Shown here in pieces: positions 1 to 10,268 of a DNA stretch of 64,000 nt. Position numbers and translations under genes: made by a program. Location of the stretch: positions 3,877 to 67,876 of IMG/VR virus record IMGVR_UViG_3300028591_005034; one strand, written 5' to 3'. The stretch comes from a virus (lineage: Duplodnaviria; Caudoviricetes). The notes below the pieces were generated by a model. That model saw only the letters and a list, made by a program, of their open reading frames with translations, was not told where the DNA came from and made no database searches. The first letter of the stretch is position 1. Each line of letters starts with the position of its first letter.

Positions 1-1069
1 CAATATCCTGTTGTACACGTGTTTCATTCCATTGGAAACCTTTAATATAAGCGACTGCTTTATCACGTGTTACCTCTGATGTCCAGAAAGTAGCAATGTC
101 ACCAAAGCCAGCGCAGTTAATTCTTCCTGCAACATCTACACCATAACCTGTCGGAACAATATCAAAGCCATATTGGTCAGTTCCTTCGGGCGTAATGACA
201 GTTGGTTTATCGTGACATCCGCTATGTTCACCACAATGGCATGGTCTGCAAGGGTCATCCTCGTCACAGCAATGACTACAAGGGTCATCTTCTGGTTCTT
301 CTTCCTCTGGTTCTTCGTAAGTCCAATAATCAAAATCAGCAGTATGAAGTGACTTTAATAATTTACCTGCATATTTTCCAAGCCATTGGTTACCTCTTTT
401 ATCGCTGTGATTTCTATCTTCCTCGAATGGTTCAACTGCATTTAGCATATCATCCCAATCGTCTTTTCTTGGAATACGCCATTCTGAATTAATCAGGTCT
501 AATTCACAACAAATTTCCTGTACACCTTTATAGCAGTAAAGCATTCCAAATTCATTAATGTAATCCTTTACTAAGTAACGTGTGCCAATAGCCAAACCTG
601 CAGTATCAGGAAGTGTTTCGCCTTGTGTTTTATCAATTAAACCGTGGACAGGTGCAAAAGAACCTGGACGAAATGCGGGCGAAATACTTAGCGGGTCATC
701 GATAGTTCCTTTTCCTGTAAGGCTTTCATCTGTATATACACCCTTAAAACAGCATTCGTCATTTACACCAAAACCCGTTATTTCTGTTGTCTGACCGTTT
801 TGTGTAATGTACAATGTACCTGTTTCACTATCAAAATCAAAAGAAAGGTCTTTAACAAAATTGTTGAAAACCTCACCTGACGAAATTGTTTCGCCATTAA
901 CCAAAGTGATTACTATCTTGTTATCCTCAACTGTAACGCTTTTAATATCGCGTCCTTCAAGAACGTAGAAGTTATTATCTATTTCTTCTCCCGTTAGACC
1001 GCAATTTTTAGCTGGGATAGCACCTTCATAATCAGAATTTAATTTATAATATGTTATGCCTTTTATCAT
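1..1069 (-). CDS. Virion fibre/adhesin-like protein with a Fib_succ_major (FISUMP, C-type-lectin-fold) domain; runs off the left edge
   Basis: Not in the ORF track because it is truncated; translated by hand from the ATG at 1069 (MIKGITYYKLNSDYEG...). Contains FGMLYCY...WRIPRKDDWDDML...GKLLKS...GTDQYGFDIVPTGY...ATFWTS, the FISUMP pattern, with a Cys/acidic insert. ATAAATA motif at 1088-1094. Confidence 0.7.
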   Translation of the reverse strand, partial: MIKGITYYKLNSDYEGAIPAKNCGLTGEEIDNNFYVLEGRDIKSVTVEDNKIVITLVNGETISSGEVFNNFVKDLSFDFDSETGTLYITQNGQTTEITGFGVNDECCFKGVYTDESLTGKGTIDDPLSISPAFRPGSFAPVHGLIDKTQGETLPDTAGLAIGTRYLVKDYINEFGMLYCYKGVQEICCELDLINSEWRIPRKDDWDDMLNAVEPFEEDRNHSDKRGNQWLGKYAGKLLKSLHTADFDYWTYEEPEEEEPEDDPCSHCCDEDDPCRPCHCGEHSGCHDKPTVITPEGTDQYGFDIVPTGYGVDVAGRINCAGFGDIATFWTSEVTRDKAVAYIKGFQWNETRVQQDI

Positions 1070-1100
1070 AATGATTGTTAATTTATAATAAATAGTTATT

Positions 1101-3068
1101 TTATTGGTCAAATATTTGTTCAAAAAGATAATTTTTGGTTATTTCAGTGAAAGTTAATGGACAATCATAAAATTTAAATGATTTTAAATAACCAAAAAAC
1201 GTTCCTGCAAATTCTTTCTCTAATGGTAATGAGTATTTTGGCATTTTACACATATCATCATAATATACCACATCAGATAAACCCTGTGTACCACCACCAA
1301 CCGAGATATTAAATGGTACGCCCTCTTGTTTATCAGGCATATCATTAAGTTCCCTGAAATTAAATGTCGGTAATTCTTTCGAAATGAAAACAAGTTTTCC
1401 ATTTACATAAAAATAAATCCTCATTTTTTGTGTAGAAGATGTAACGGTGTCGGTAATTTTGTAAATTTTACCGACAGGTAATATTTTTATGTGTATTGTA
1501 ACCCATTCATTATCAGGAATTATGTCTTCTGACGAAAATTCGCTCTCAATTTTATAATCTTCTTCTTCTGAATCACAATCCTGTACAAGATATTTGTATC
1601 CTATACTACCATCATCCTTTATTTGTAGTCCAAAAGCATTTCTATATAAATCTGATTTAACATTATAAGATTTGTTGTTAAAATTAGCGTTGTCAGCAGT
1701 CATACCATTGCAAGTACGGTCAAAAAGAAGAAAATAATTTTCTTTTGTTGACATTTTTATATCACGAAGTACCATAGTATCACCTTCTTGCCATGTATCA
1801 ACAGTATAGCCGTCACAAGTACGGTCAAAAATGATAAATTTGTTATCTGTCTCTATTTCAACAATATTTGGTTGATATAAATCAATGCCATCTTTCGTTG
1901 TAAGTTCCTTATCAGGGTCTATGGTAGTATCTGGCTGATAATAATCGTCATAGGAATAAATGTTACAATTACAATCAGGCATCACTTCTGACATATAACC
2001 GTCTTTAAAATAATCGCCACATTTGCAAGTTTTCTTGCATTTTGCAGATGAAATATTATTCCACATTCTTGTTCTTTTCTCATTGTTTTCCCAATGATGT
2101 CCCTTACCGTCAAACCATACCGTATTTTCTTGGTAACAATTTAATAATTCTGGGTATGTTCTTTTGAACGGGAATTTTCCTATAGTTTTAGGTGTTTTAT
2201 CACAATCACAGGAACAATTCTCATCGCAATCATCAGAAGGGTAACCATCCGCAAAATAATCGTCTGTATTATATGGAATAACAGTTGGTGAACTTTCAAT
2301 AAAATAATTACTATCCCCGCAAGTATTTATATATGAATCTGCGAAATAATCATCTGAAAAATAGTTATTGAAAATTTCATCGAACTGTTCGGACACGTCA
2401 TATTTAGTCCACCACTTGTTTTCTGAACGTGTGCCCCAATAAAAGAACAGACCTTTATTATCCGGATATCTATCATTTAATGTGTATTCACCATCAACGA
2501 TAACATCATCAGTTTTCTTCAATGTAAACTCCAAAGATATTCCATGACCAACATTATTTGGTAATACCTGATAATCACATCCACTCTTATAAAATCCCTG
2601 GAAAAAGCCCCCATTAAGACGTGCTGCACAGATATTGTCAATACCCATTATGGTATTTCCATAATAAAAAATGTCATTATTTCCGTATACCTTATTTAAT
2701 ATAAAGCGCGTATCATCTGTCTTGAATGAGGCGTTGGACTGCGTGAAAAGTTCAATGAACTCAGCATTGCTTATTCTTGTCTTATCATAATGAATAAAAC
2801 CGTTATCTACACCTGTATAACCTATATTTGAAAGTGTAAAACCTTTATTATAAGCCTCATCCCACACAAAATCCGATTTAAAACTATCACTATCTATACA
2901 TTCATTGTTTTTAAAGTCAAAGTATGAACTAAGACATCTTTCAATAAGTTCACCACTATAATCACCATAACCGTACATTTCGTCAATACTAAGGAAGAAA
3001 TCCCAGCACTCGCTACGGTCTATTTTAAACTGAAAAGGTGTTCTATTGTGGTTGTAAATATTACTCAT
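1101..3068 (-). CDS. Probable structural protein, 655 aa, with a LamG/concanavalin-A-like beta-sandwich and a Cys-rich insert
   Basis: Long ORF. C-terminal WVTIHIKI...MRIYFYVNGKLV...ISVGGG...FFGYLKSFKFYDCPLT resembles LamG-like domains. Adjacent to the fibre gene. Confidence 0.5.
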   Translation of the reverse strand: MSNIYNHNRTPFQFKIDRSECWDFFLSIDEMYGYGDYSGELIERCLSSYFDFKNNECIDSDSFKSDFVWDEAYNKGFTLSNIGYTGVDNGFIHYDKTRISNAEFIELFTQSNASFKTDDTRFILNKVYGNNDIFYYGNTIMGIDNICAARLNGGFFQGFYKSGCDYQVLPNNVGHGISLEFTLKKTDDVIVDGEYTLNDRYPDNKGLFFYWGTRSENKWWTKYDVSEQFDEIFNNYFSDDYFADSYINTCGDSNYFIESSPTVIPYNTDDYFADGYPSDDCDENCSCDCDKTPKTIGKFPFKRTYPELLNCYQENTVWFDGKGHHWENNEKRTRMWNNISSAKCKKTCKCGDYFKDGYMSEVMPDCNCNIYSYDDYYQPDTTIDPDKELTTKDGIDLYQPNIVEIETDNKFIIFDRTCDGYTVDTWQEGDTMVLRDIKMSTKENYFLLFDRTCNGMTADNANFNNKSYNVKSDLYRNAFGLQIKDDGSIGYKYLVQDCDSEEEDYKIESEFSSEDIIPDNEWVTIHIKILPVGKIYKITDTVTSSTQKMRIYFYVNGKLVFISKELPTFNFRELNDMPDKQEGVPFNISVGGGTQGLSDVVYYDDMCKMPKYSLPLEKEFAGTFFGYLKSFKFYDCPLTFTEITKNYLFEQIFDQ

Positions 3069-3118
3069 TGTGAAAATTATGGCTATTTATTATATAAATA
3101 GATAAACTGAAATAAAAG

Positions 3119-3640
3119 ATGCAAAGAAAAAAGCGTTTAATAAGGATAACAGAAAATCAATTGAAAGAAGCTGAAACATTTAGTTTTCTTAATGGTACAA
3201 GCGAACCGCATTGTGATGGCCAAAGGGCAATATCGGCTGACGGAAGGTTGAATGATGACGATTACGGACAACCTGAAACTACTGATGATATTGCCGATAC
3301 CGTCAGCCCACAGGCGTATCTAAGATATTTTGACAAAATGCATGGTGGCAACGGTATAAGAAGAATATGGGAATCGGATGAAGATAAAAATGGAGACGGT
3401 GCTGATGATTTCACACAAAAACCAGATAAAGATTTACTGAATGATAATGACTTCAACAATGATATTGTCAGAATACCACCTATGGTCATCCATAAATTAA
3501 AATTATTTCTTGAAGAAGTCGCAAAACATAATTTGACTGAAAGAAAGAAATATATCATTTTATCACATATTTTAAAAGTGCTTGGTTTACATAATCTACC
3601 ACCAAGTTATCAAAGAGACCTAAGAAATACAATCCATTAA
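3119..3640 (+). CDS. Hypothetical protein with N-terminal RLIRITENQLKE leader
   Basis: 173-aa ORF, TATTTAT at 3084-3090, shared leader motif. Confidence 0.65.
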   Translation: MQRKKRLIRITENQLKEAETFSFLNGTSEPHCDGQRAISADGRLNDDDYGQPETTDDIADTVSPQAYLRYFDKMHGGNGIRRIWESDEDKNGDGADDFTQKPDKDLLNDNDFNNDIVRIPPMVIHKLKLFLEEVAKHNLTERKKYIILSHILKVLGLHNLPPSYQRDLRNTIH

Positions 3641-3649
3641 TTTATTGTT

Positions 3650-6600
3650 ATGTTACATATTTTGAATGAAGGCGGTAATGCCGAACTAAAAAATAGATTT
3701 TTTCCACTGGGTGACAATATAAGGAAACACCTTCAAAGAACATTGAATAGTTATAGTGGCGATAAGGACGTTGATGGTTATAAACGTCTGGTTAACATTT
3801 TGTCTATGGAAAACGGAATTGCCTATAACGAAATGAAACGCATTAAGAATTTCTTTGACAATTTTAAGGGTTCACCAAAATCAATTGAATTTATCTTAAA
3901 TGGTGGACAACCGATGATGTTATGGGTTAATGCGACTTTGAATAGGGCAACACAAGCAGTAAAGGATTTTAAAGCAGCCAAAAAAGCCGCAGGCGTTAAT
4001 AATGCCTACATTAAACCTCATGAAAAAAATAGACAAACCAAAACAACAGGTCCAACAACCGCAAAGATTCAAACAAAAAATGTGACAAAAAACATTGATA
4101 GTAACAGTTCAATAAAATATGAAAATAAATCACATAAAAAAAGTGTGATTACTGAGTCTCAGGAAAGCAAATCTATTTCCGCAGCAAAAAAACTTGTGAT
4201 GGATAAAATGGGTTGGGATGAACAACGCGCTGACAAATTTGTGCGTGAAGAATTACGTGGAGATATACCCACATTGCGCACAAAAAACGGTGGCAAATTC
4301 ATTCTTGGTGTCACAAGAATGTTCCTTGACCGACAACTTACCGATGGCGGTATAATACAACAGTTAAATAGTACACTTGAACTTGTGGCCAGTGACGCTC
4401 ATATCAACGAATATGACAGAAACTTGAATGGTTTATCAGCACAGGAACTGATTGACAGATTTGCCACAGCAAGACAAGAAATTGGTGATAAAGACCGTGA
4501 AGAAAATGCTGCATTAGAACTACAACAAAACAATGATTATACCATTATACAAATTGATAATTTTGAACAAGCCTCACAATATGGACAATACACATCTTGG
4601 TGTGTGACACACAATGAAAATATGCTTGATTCATATACGTCAGGTGGTATTGGACAATTCTACTTTTGTCTTAAGAACGGATTTGAAAATGTTCCAGAAG
4701 AACAAGGTGAAAACTGCCCGTTAGATGAATACGGTTTGTCTATGGTCGCTGTAAGCGTAGATGGTGATGGAAATCTAAACACCAGTACTTGCCGTTGGAA
4801 TCACGATAATGGTGGTAATGACCACATTATGGACACCAAGCAGATAAGCCAACTTATTGGTAGGAATTTCTATGAGGTATTCAAGCCGAATAACAAATGG
4901 AAAAATGCGCTTGAAACCGCAATGCAACGTCTTGCTAATGGTGAAAGGCCACAAGAAATTTTTGAAAACACTTATTCAAGTGGTAATGGTTTTATTATAG
5001 TACATATGTTAAAAAAACGAAATGTTTGTGTCTATGATGAAAGTAGTAAAAAATATAGATTACTTTTCCCCAATTTGTGGTTTGATGAAATTTATTATAT
5101 CGAGCAAAACAAAATATTTGAAGTATGTAAAAACAGAAAATGGAACTGGCTTAAAGAAGACGGTACACTACTGTCACCTAATTTATGGTTTGATAACATC
5201 ACAGATTTCGTAGAAAATAATTTGGCGTTTGTCTCATTAAATGAAAAAGTTAACTTATTTAGCATTAATGGTGATATATTGTGCGACAATTGGTATGATG
5301 AAATATCAGCGTACCATGATAATCTTGCCAGAGTTGTTATTAATCGAAAATGCGGTTTCATAAATAAAAATGGTAAGTTAGCTTTCAATAAATGGTTTAT
5401 ATCTGCAAGTCATTTTAAAAATGGTTTTGCTGTAGTTATTTCAGACAACGGTTATAATATAATTGATGTCAATGGCAATTTCATATCAGAACAAGGTTTT
5501 GATTTTTGCGATGAAATGAAAGAAGGCTTTGCTAGGGTTCGTGTAAAAGAAAAATGGAATTTTATTGGCACAAACGGTAATATGTTATCAGAAATATGGT
5601 TTGATTGGTGTTCGAGTTTTGAAAACGGATTTGCCATTGTTGAAAACGAAGAAAAACAAAACTTTATTAAAACAGATGGTAATTTAATATCTGACCGATG
5701 GTATAAAAGTGTGGATGAATTTAATGAAGGGTTTTCTGTTGTCGAGGAACGTGCCAATAATGGCAACATGATGTATAACTATATTGATACAAATGGTAAA
5801 TTGTTATCAGAAACATGGTTTGATTGGTGTTCTGATTTTGAAGGTGGATTGTCGTTTGTTCAAATGTTTTTTGAAGACCAACACACCACATTGAAAAATT
5901 GTATAAAAACAGATGGCACGTTAGTTTCTCCTAATAAGTGGTTTAATTATATTGAAAAGTATAACTTAAAATATTTGAAAGTTGTGGATTATGTTAATAA
6001 CAAAAGACTTCAAAACCTATTAGATATTGAAACAGGAGAAATACTTTGTGATGAATGGTTCGATGAAATATTCTCAACTCATAATGGTTTTACAAAAGTT
6101 ACGAAAGAATCACTAGGTTGTAATTTTATTAATACAGATGGCAATATAATATCTGATAAGTGGTTCTATGATGTGTCCAATTTTAATAATGGCTTTGCAA
6201 GAATTTGGAGAAGAGATTATGGTAGCAACTATATCAATACCAATGGTGAAATAATATCACCTAATCTATGGTTTGATGAAACATATGATTTTGATGATAA
6301 TGGTTTGGGAGTTGTTCGTTATAATAACAGATATAATCTAATTGATGGCAACGGTAAATTTGTATCAGACCAAGGTTTTTCTTATATTGCCCCTTCTTTT
6401 GCCCCTTCAGGTGATTTGTATGTAGGTACCTCGTTAGATGGAAAACCGATTAAGTTTAACTCAAAAGATAACACAATATCTCCAATGAAGAAGATAAACC
6501 GTTTTGAAGCCAAACAAAGGAAAACCATAACAATTACAGAATCACAAGCATTTGACCTGCTTCTTGAAGCTGCGTCACTTGATGATATATATGCAAAATA

Positions 6601-8128
6601 CTACAGCCAAATACCCGAAGAAGAGTTCAGGGAGATTGTTGCTGCCGACCCAACGGCCAAAGAAGACAAGATGGGCAAATACTCTAAGTGGCTACTTGCT
6701 TTATATACCAGTGGTAATCTTAAACTTGAGGATTTATATAAGGCAACCGAATATTTAACTACATTCCATAGATATAAAGCAAAATTGGACCGAAAGGATA
6801 TCGGACAATATAAGTCTTTACCTGATTTATATGCTGCAATTGAACCATATGCAGACAATACTCAGGCAGCGTCACATAAAGAAGAAATTAGGAAAATTAA
6901 ACAAAACACAGAAAAGGTTTATGAGGATGATGAATGGTTAGTGATTGTCCCGCTTACAAAAGAGGCAGCAATAGAATATGGTAAAAACACACAATGGTGT
7001 ACTGCAGCAACGACAAGCAATAACATGTTCAAGTACTATGCTTCAGACGGTAAACTATATATCAATATAAACAAAAAAACAGGTAGAAAATACCAGTTTC
7101 ACTTTGAAACACGTCAATTCATGGACGAAAATGACCGAAATATTGATATAGAAAAAGATTTTAAACCAACTGAAGGATTATATAAATTTTATTTTAATAA
7201 CTATGGGTGGAGAGCATTATACTTACGTTATGGCAGTGTATATATAGGGGAACCGAATGATGCACCTGTTCTTGTTACAAAAAATGGCCAGTCTAATTAT
7301 GTCAATCAAAATGGTGAATTAATATCAGAAACATGGTATGGCCCACGAAGTGACGTTTTTAACTACGGTCTTGCAAAAGTTGAATTATTTAATGCCTATA
7401 ACTATATAGACATCAATGGAAACTTACTTTCGCCCGACCAATGGTTTGATTCTGCAGAAAGTTTTCTAGATGATGACATGGCAAGAATTGGACTTAAAAG
7501 GAAAAAGAATTTAATAAATCGTGACGGACAAATTGTCTCTCCTGATTTATGGTTTGACTGGTGCGCTACTGGTGTGATGTCCCCTGCTGCACTTGTCAAA
7601 ATTGACGGTAAGGGTTACAACTACGTAACACCAGATGGACAAATATTATGTAAACAATGGTTCGATACCGCCTATTCATTTGAAAGCCCTGACAACATAG
7701 TGTGTGCTGAAGTTATAAACAACGGAAAACATAATTACATCAATCCAAAGGGGGAAATAATGTCACCACATTTGTGGTTTGATGAACTATGGGATTTTTA
7801 TTGCGGGTATGCGAAAGTTAAAGTTGGAGAAAGTTATAATTTAATGGATGCAGAAGGTAATCTTTTTTCACCAAATGTGTGGTTTTGGAATATAGATAGA
7901 TACAAAGATAATATGGCAGTTCTCGTAATATATGATGAACACAATGGAAGATATCTTAAAAATTTCTTTAATGCGGAAACAAAAAGAATAATATCAGATG
8001 AATGGTTTACTGATGTAAGTGACTTCTGGTCATCACCCGACAATCAACATGCGTATGTGGTAAGGCAAAATGGTCAAACAGGAATTATAAATAAAGATGG
8101 AGAAATTGTGCAAATTTTCTCCAATTAA
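3650..8128 (+). CDS. 1492-aa multi-module protein: N-terminal domain, then two PcfJ-like domain + WG/KWG-type repeat modules separated by a TITITESQ...LLLEAA linker
   Basis: Uninterrupted ORF with many NxIxxxGxxxSxxWFD repeats and two W-C-(V/T) domains (YTSWCVT, NTQWCTA). The second module is paralogous to 25640-27754 and 27735-29552. Confidence 0.8.
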   Translation: MLHILNEGGNAELKNRFFPLGDNIRKHLQRTLNSYSGDKDVDGYKRLVNILSMENGIAYNEMKRIKNFFDNFKGSPKSIEFILNGGQPMMLWVNATLNRATQAVKDFKAAKKAAGVNNAYIKPHEKNRQTKTTGPTTAKIQTKNVTKNIDSNSSIKYENKSHKKSVITESQESKSISAAKKLVMDKMGWDEQRADKFVREELRGDIPTLRTKNGGKFILGVTRMFLDRQLTDGGIIQQLNSTLELVASDAHINEYDRNLNGLSAQELIDRFATARQEIGDKDREENAALELQQNNDYTIIQIDNFEQASQYGQYTSWCVTHNENMLDSYTSGGIGQFYFCLKNGFENVPEEQGENCPLDEYGLSMVAVSVDGDGNLNTSTCRWNHDNGGNDHIMDTKQISQLIGRNFYEVFKPNNKWKNALETAMQRLANGERPQEIFENTYSSGNGFIIVHMLKKRNVCVYDESSKKYRLLFPNLWFDEIYYIEQNKIFEVCKNRKWNWLKEDGTLLSPNLWFDNITDFVENNLAFVSLNEKVNLFSINGDILCDNWYDEISAYHDNLARVVINRKCGFINKNGKLAFNKWFISASHFKNGFAVVISDNGYNIIDVNGNFISEQGFDFCDEMKEGFARVRVKEKWNFIGTNGNMLSEIWFDWCSSFENGFAIVENEEKQNFIKTDGNLISDRWYKSVDEFNEGFSVVEERANNGNMMYNYIDTNGKLLSETWFDWCSDFEGGLSFVQMFFEDQHTTLKNCIKTDGTLVSPNKWFNYIEKYNLKYLKVVDYVNNKRLQNLLDIETGEILCDEWFDEIFSTHNGFTKVTKESLGCNFINTDGNIISDKWFYDVSNFNNGFARIWRRDYGSNYINTNGEIISPNLWFDETYDFDDNGLGVVRYNNRYNLIDGNGKFVSDQGFSYIAPSFAPSGDLYVGTSLDGKPIKFNSKDNTISPMKKINRFEAKQRKTITITESQAFDLLLEAASLDDIYAKYYSQIPEEEFREIVAADPTAKEDKMGKYSKWLLALYTSGNLKLEDLYKATEYLTTFHRYKAKLDRKDIGQYKSLPDLYAAIEPYADNTQAASHKEEIRKIKQNTEKVYEDDEWLVIVPLTKEAAIEYGKNTQWCTAATTSNNMFKYYASDGKLYININKKTGRKYQFHFETRQFMDENDRNIDIEKDFKPTEGLYKFYFNNYGWRALYLRYGSVYIGEPNDAPVLVTKNGQSNYVNQNGELISETWYGPRSDVFNYGLAKVELFNAYNYIDINGNLLSPDQWFDSAESFLDDDMARIGLKRKKNLINRDGQIVSPDLWFDWCATGVMSPAALVKIDGKGYNYVTPDGQILCKQWFDTAYSFESPDNIVCAEVINNGKHNYINPKGEIMSPHLWFDELWDFYCGYAKVKVGESYNLMDAEGNLFSPNVWFWNIDRYKDNMAVLVIYDEHNGRYLKNFFNAETKRIISDEWFTDVSDFWSSPDNQHAYVVRQNGQTGIINKDGEIVQIFSN

Positions 8129-8168
8129 GATATTTATGATAAAATAAAGTTTTAAAATATATAGCAAT

Positions 8169-8534
8169 ATGCAATCATGTTTAGAGAAAAGGGGTATAGA
8201 TGAGAGACACGTTGAGATAGTACGTAGTGACTATACCAGAGACAATCAATATTCAGCAACCCATCCTGATGCCTTAGCAACGGGCGATGCACAGGGTAAA
8301 GGTACGGGACACGGTGGCCATACGTTCTGGCTTCCTGACTGTAATGGACAGATGGGTGTTTTCAACTATTCTAACTTTGATACCAACCCCGCAAGTGGTG
8401 CAGGTAACGATGTAGATAATGAAACGCGTAAAACTGCTATGGCACGTAGTATGTTCAATGCGGAATATGCTTATTCAGCAAAAATTGTTGACACAACTAA
8501 GAATGTACGTGAGGGGCAATATGTAATGCATTAA
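8169..8534 (+). CDS. Hypothetical, probably virion-associated protein
   Basis: 121-aa ORF, TATTTAT at 8131-8137; HPDALATGDAQGKG motif. Confidence 0.6.
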   Translation: MQSCLEKRGIDERHVEIVRSDYTRDNQYSATHPDALATGDAQGKGTGHGGHTFWLPDCNGQMGVFNYSNFDTNPASGAGNDVDNETRKTAMARSMFNAEYAYSAKIVDTTKNVREGQYVMH

Positions 8535-8539
8535 TTAAA

Positions 8540-9448
8540 ATGTTCAAAGAACTTCTGGATGAAATATTGCTTACAGAGTCGGCATCAGCAGATGAAGTTA
8601 TCTCAGCGTTAGATAACCACCATAGAGTCATTATAAATTATCATAGTGACGGTAAAGATGTTGCAAGTGGTGCAAGGGTTATCGAAGTGTATGCTTATGG
8701 ACTCACAAAGGCAGGAAATCCCGTAATCAGGGCTTTTCAGCCTTTTGGTGATACAACATCTTCTGTTCCGTCTTGGAAGTTCTTCAGACTGGACAGAATA
8801 AGCAAATGGGAACCGACCCAACAAAAATTTTCAAACCCCGCATCGGATAGATATCCGGGGTTACCGAAATTTAATGAAACGGATGACAAAACAATGAGTG
8901 TTGTCTATAAGATTGCTGATTTTGATTCAGCACCACCGCCCTATGTTTCTGATAAACAGAAAGAAGACCTATTCAAAACGAATACACAGACAGGATTTGA
9001 ACGTCTTAAACAGCAACTCGACCATCCTATTACTCTTGCAGACCTCCAAAGAGCAAGCCAAAAAGAACCGGCTATCCAAAAACAAGAACCGGTTCAGAAG
9101 CCTGAGACCGATGTTTATCAGACCCCAACTGAAAGAGGTTTATCTTATTTGAAAAACAAACTTGCAAATGCAAGGAAAATTGATTTATCACAATTTGAAA
9201 AGCAGAAGGATAAACCTGAAGTTGGTACTGAGAAACAAAAAGAGAAAGATAAAGAACGTGTGGATAAGGTTAAAAAGTTGATACAAAATCAAGATAGAAT
9301 AAAAATGGCCGATTTGAATAAGGCTGTAGAGGAACCTGGTAAAGAAGCCAACACTTACACAACCGACACGGAAAGAGGAATGTCGAACTTGTTAAATCAA
9401 TTAAACAATCCAAGAAAAATTGATTTGTCAAAAATACCCAAAAGATAA
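8540..9448 (+). CDS. WYL-like domain protein with three C-terminal repeats
   Basis: RVIEVYAYG...IRAFQ...WKFFRLDRI is a WYL-type pattern; repeats of T-x-T-E-R-G...L...RKIDLS. Confidence 0.65.
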   Translation: MFKELLDEILLTESASADEVISALDNHHRVIINYHSDGKDVASGARVIEVYAYGLTKAGNPVIRAFQPFGDTTSSVPSWKFFRLDRISKWEPTQQKFSNPASDRYPGLPKFNETDDKTMSVVYKIADFDSAPPPYVSDKQKEDLFKTNTQTGFERLKQQLDHPITLADLQRASQKEPAIQKQEPVQKPETDVYQTPTERGLSYLKNKLANARKIDLSQFEKQKDKPEVGTEKQKEKDKERVDKVKKLIQNQDRIKMADLNKAVEEPGKEANTYTTDTERGMSNLLNQLNNPRKIDLSKIPKR

Positions 9449-9501
9449 AAGTATTGACAATTCCTTTATAAAATATATATTTTATTAAAAAAGAGAGAGA
9501 A

Positions 9502-10200
9502 ATGGATTTAAATGAAGTAATAGATATTGGTAACAACGAGAAATACGACAGACAATCGGTTGAATCAAGAAAGGTGTCATCAAAACGAGTTCCTGTGATG
9601 AACGGTATTGGTGATAGCAGTATCGAAAGTCTTGATAGGATTGTTTATGGGAATGAACCAATTCTGCAACAGCCTGAACAAAAAGTTTATGATGCTGATG
9701 AGGATATGAAACGTATGTCTGATATAAGTTCCATCCCAAGTTCCAATTTTGAGAAATGCCGCATTCCAGCAGCGATAAAGGAATCAATTCGCCAAAATCC
9801 GTTGGTGGTTCCACCTATGACGGATTCAAGAATGGCTGAATTAACAAATAGGATTGGCGGTAATAATGAAGGCGGGTTTAACCGTTCACTTGACATTATT
9901 GCCAAACTTGAGGAAAGCGATGCAATTAAAAATGCGACATATGAAAGTCCCTATAAGGGCGAACAATCAACATCAAACAGTAAAATTGACTATGAATTGA
10001 TTAAAAATATTGTTGAAAGTGTTGTTGACAGAAAATTAGGACAATATAGACAACAATTAAATGAAGGTACATCAAGAGATAACAGTGGTTCTTTATCGGT
10101 TATGAAAATGGGAAAGAAATTTTTATTCCTGGATGATGACGATAACATTTATGAATGTCAGATGGTTTATAAAGGAAAAAATAAAAAAAGGAAAAAATAA
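9502..10200 (+). CDS. Hypothetical protein
   Basis: 232-aa ORF preceded by a TTGACA-like site and followed by a hairpin terminator. Confidence 0.65.
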   Translation: MDLNEVIDIGNNEKYDRQSVESRKVSSKRVPVMNGIGDSSIESLDRIVYGNEPILQQPEQKVYDADEDMKRMSDISSIPSSNFEKCRIPAAIKESIRQNPLVVPPMTDSRMAELTNRIGGNNEGGFNRSLDIIAKLEESDAIKNATYESPYKGEQSTSNSKIDYELIKNIVESVVDRKLGQYRQQLNEGTSRDNSGSLSVMKMGKKFLFLDDDDNIYECQMVYKGKNKKRKK

Positions 10201-10213
10201 TGACTCATATGAA

Positions 10214-10249
10214 AATAAAAAGCAGCCTATTTTTCGACTGCTTTTTATT
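10214..10249. terminator. Bidirectional intrinsic terminator
   Basis: AATAAAAAGCAG (10214-10225) / CTGCTTTTTATT (10238-10249) inverted repeat between convergent genes. Confidence 0.7.
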
Positions 10250-10268
10250 ATTTTAATGATTTATTTTA

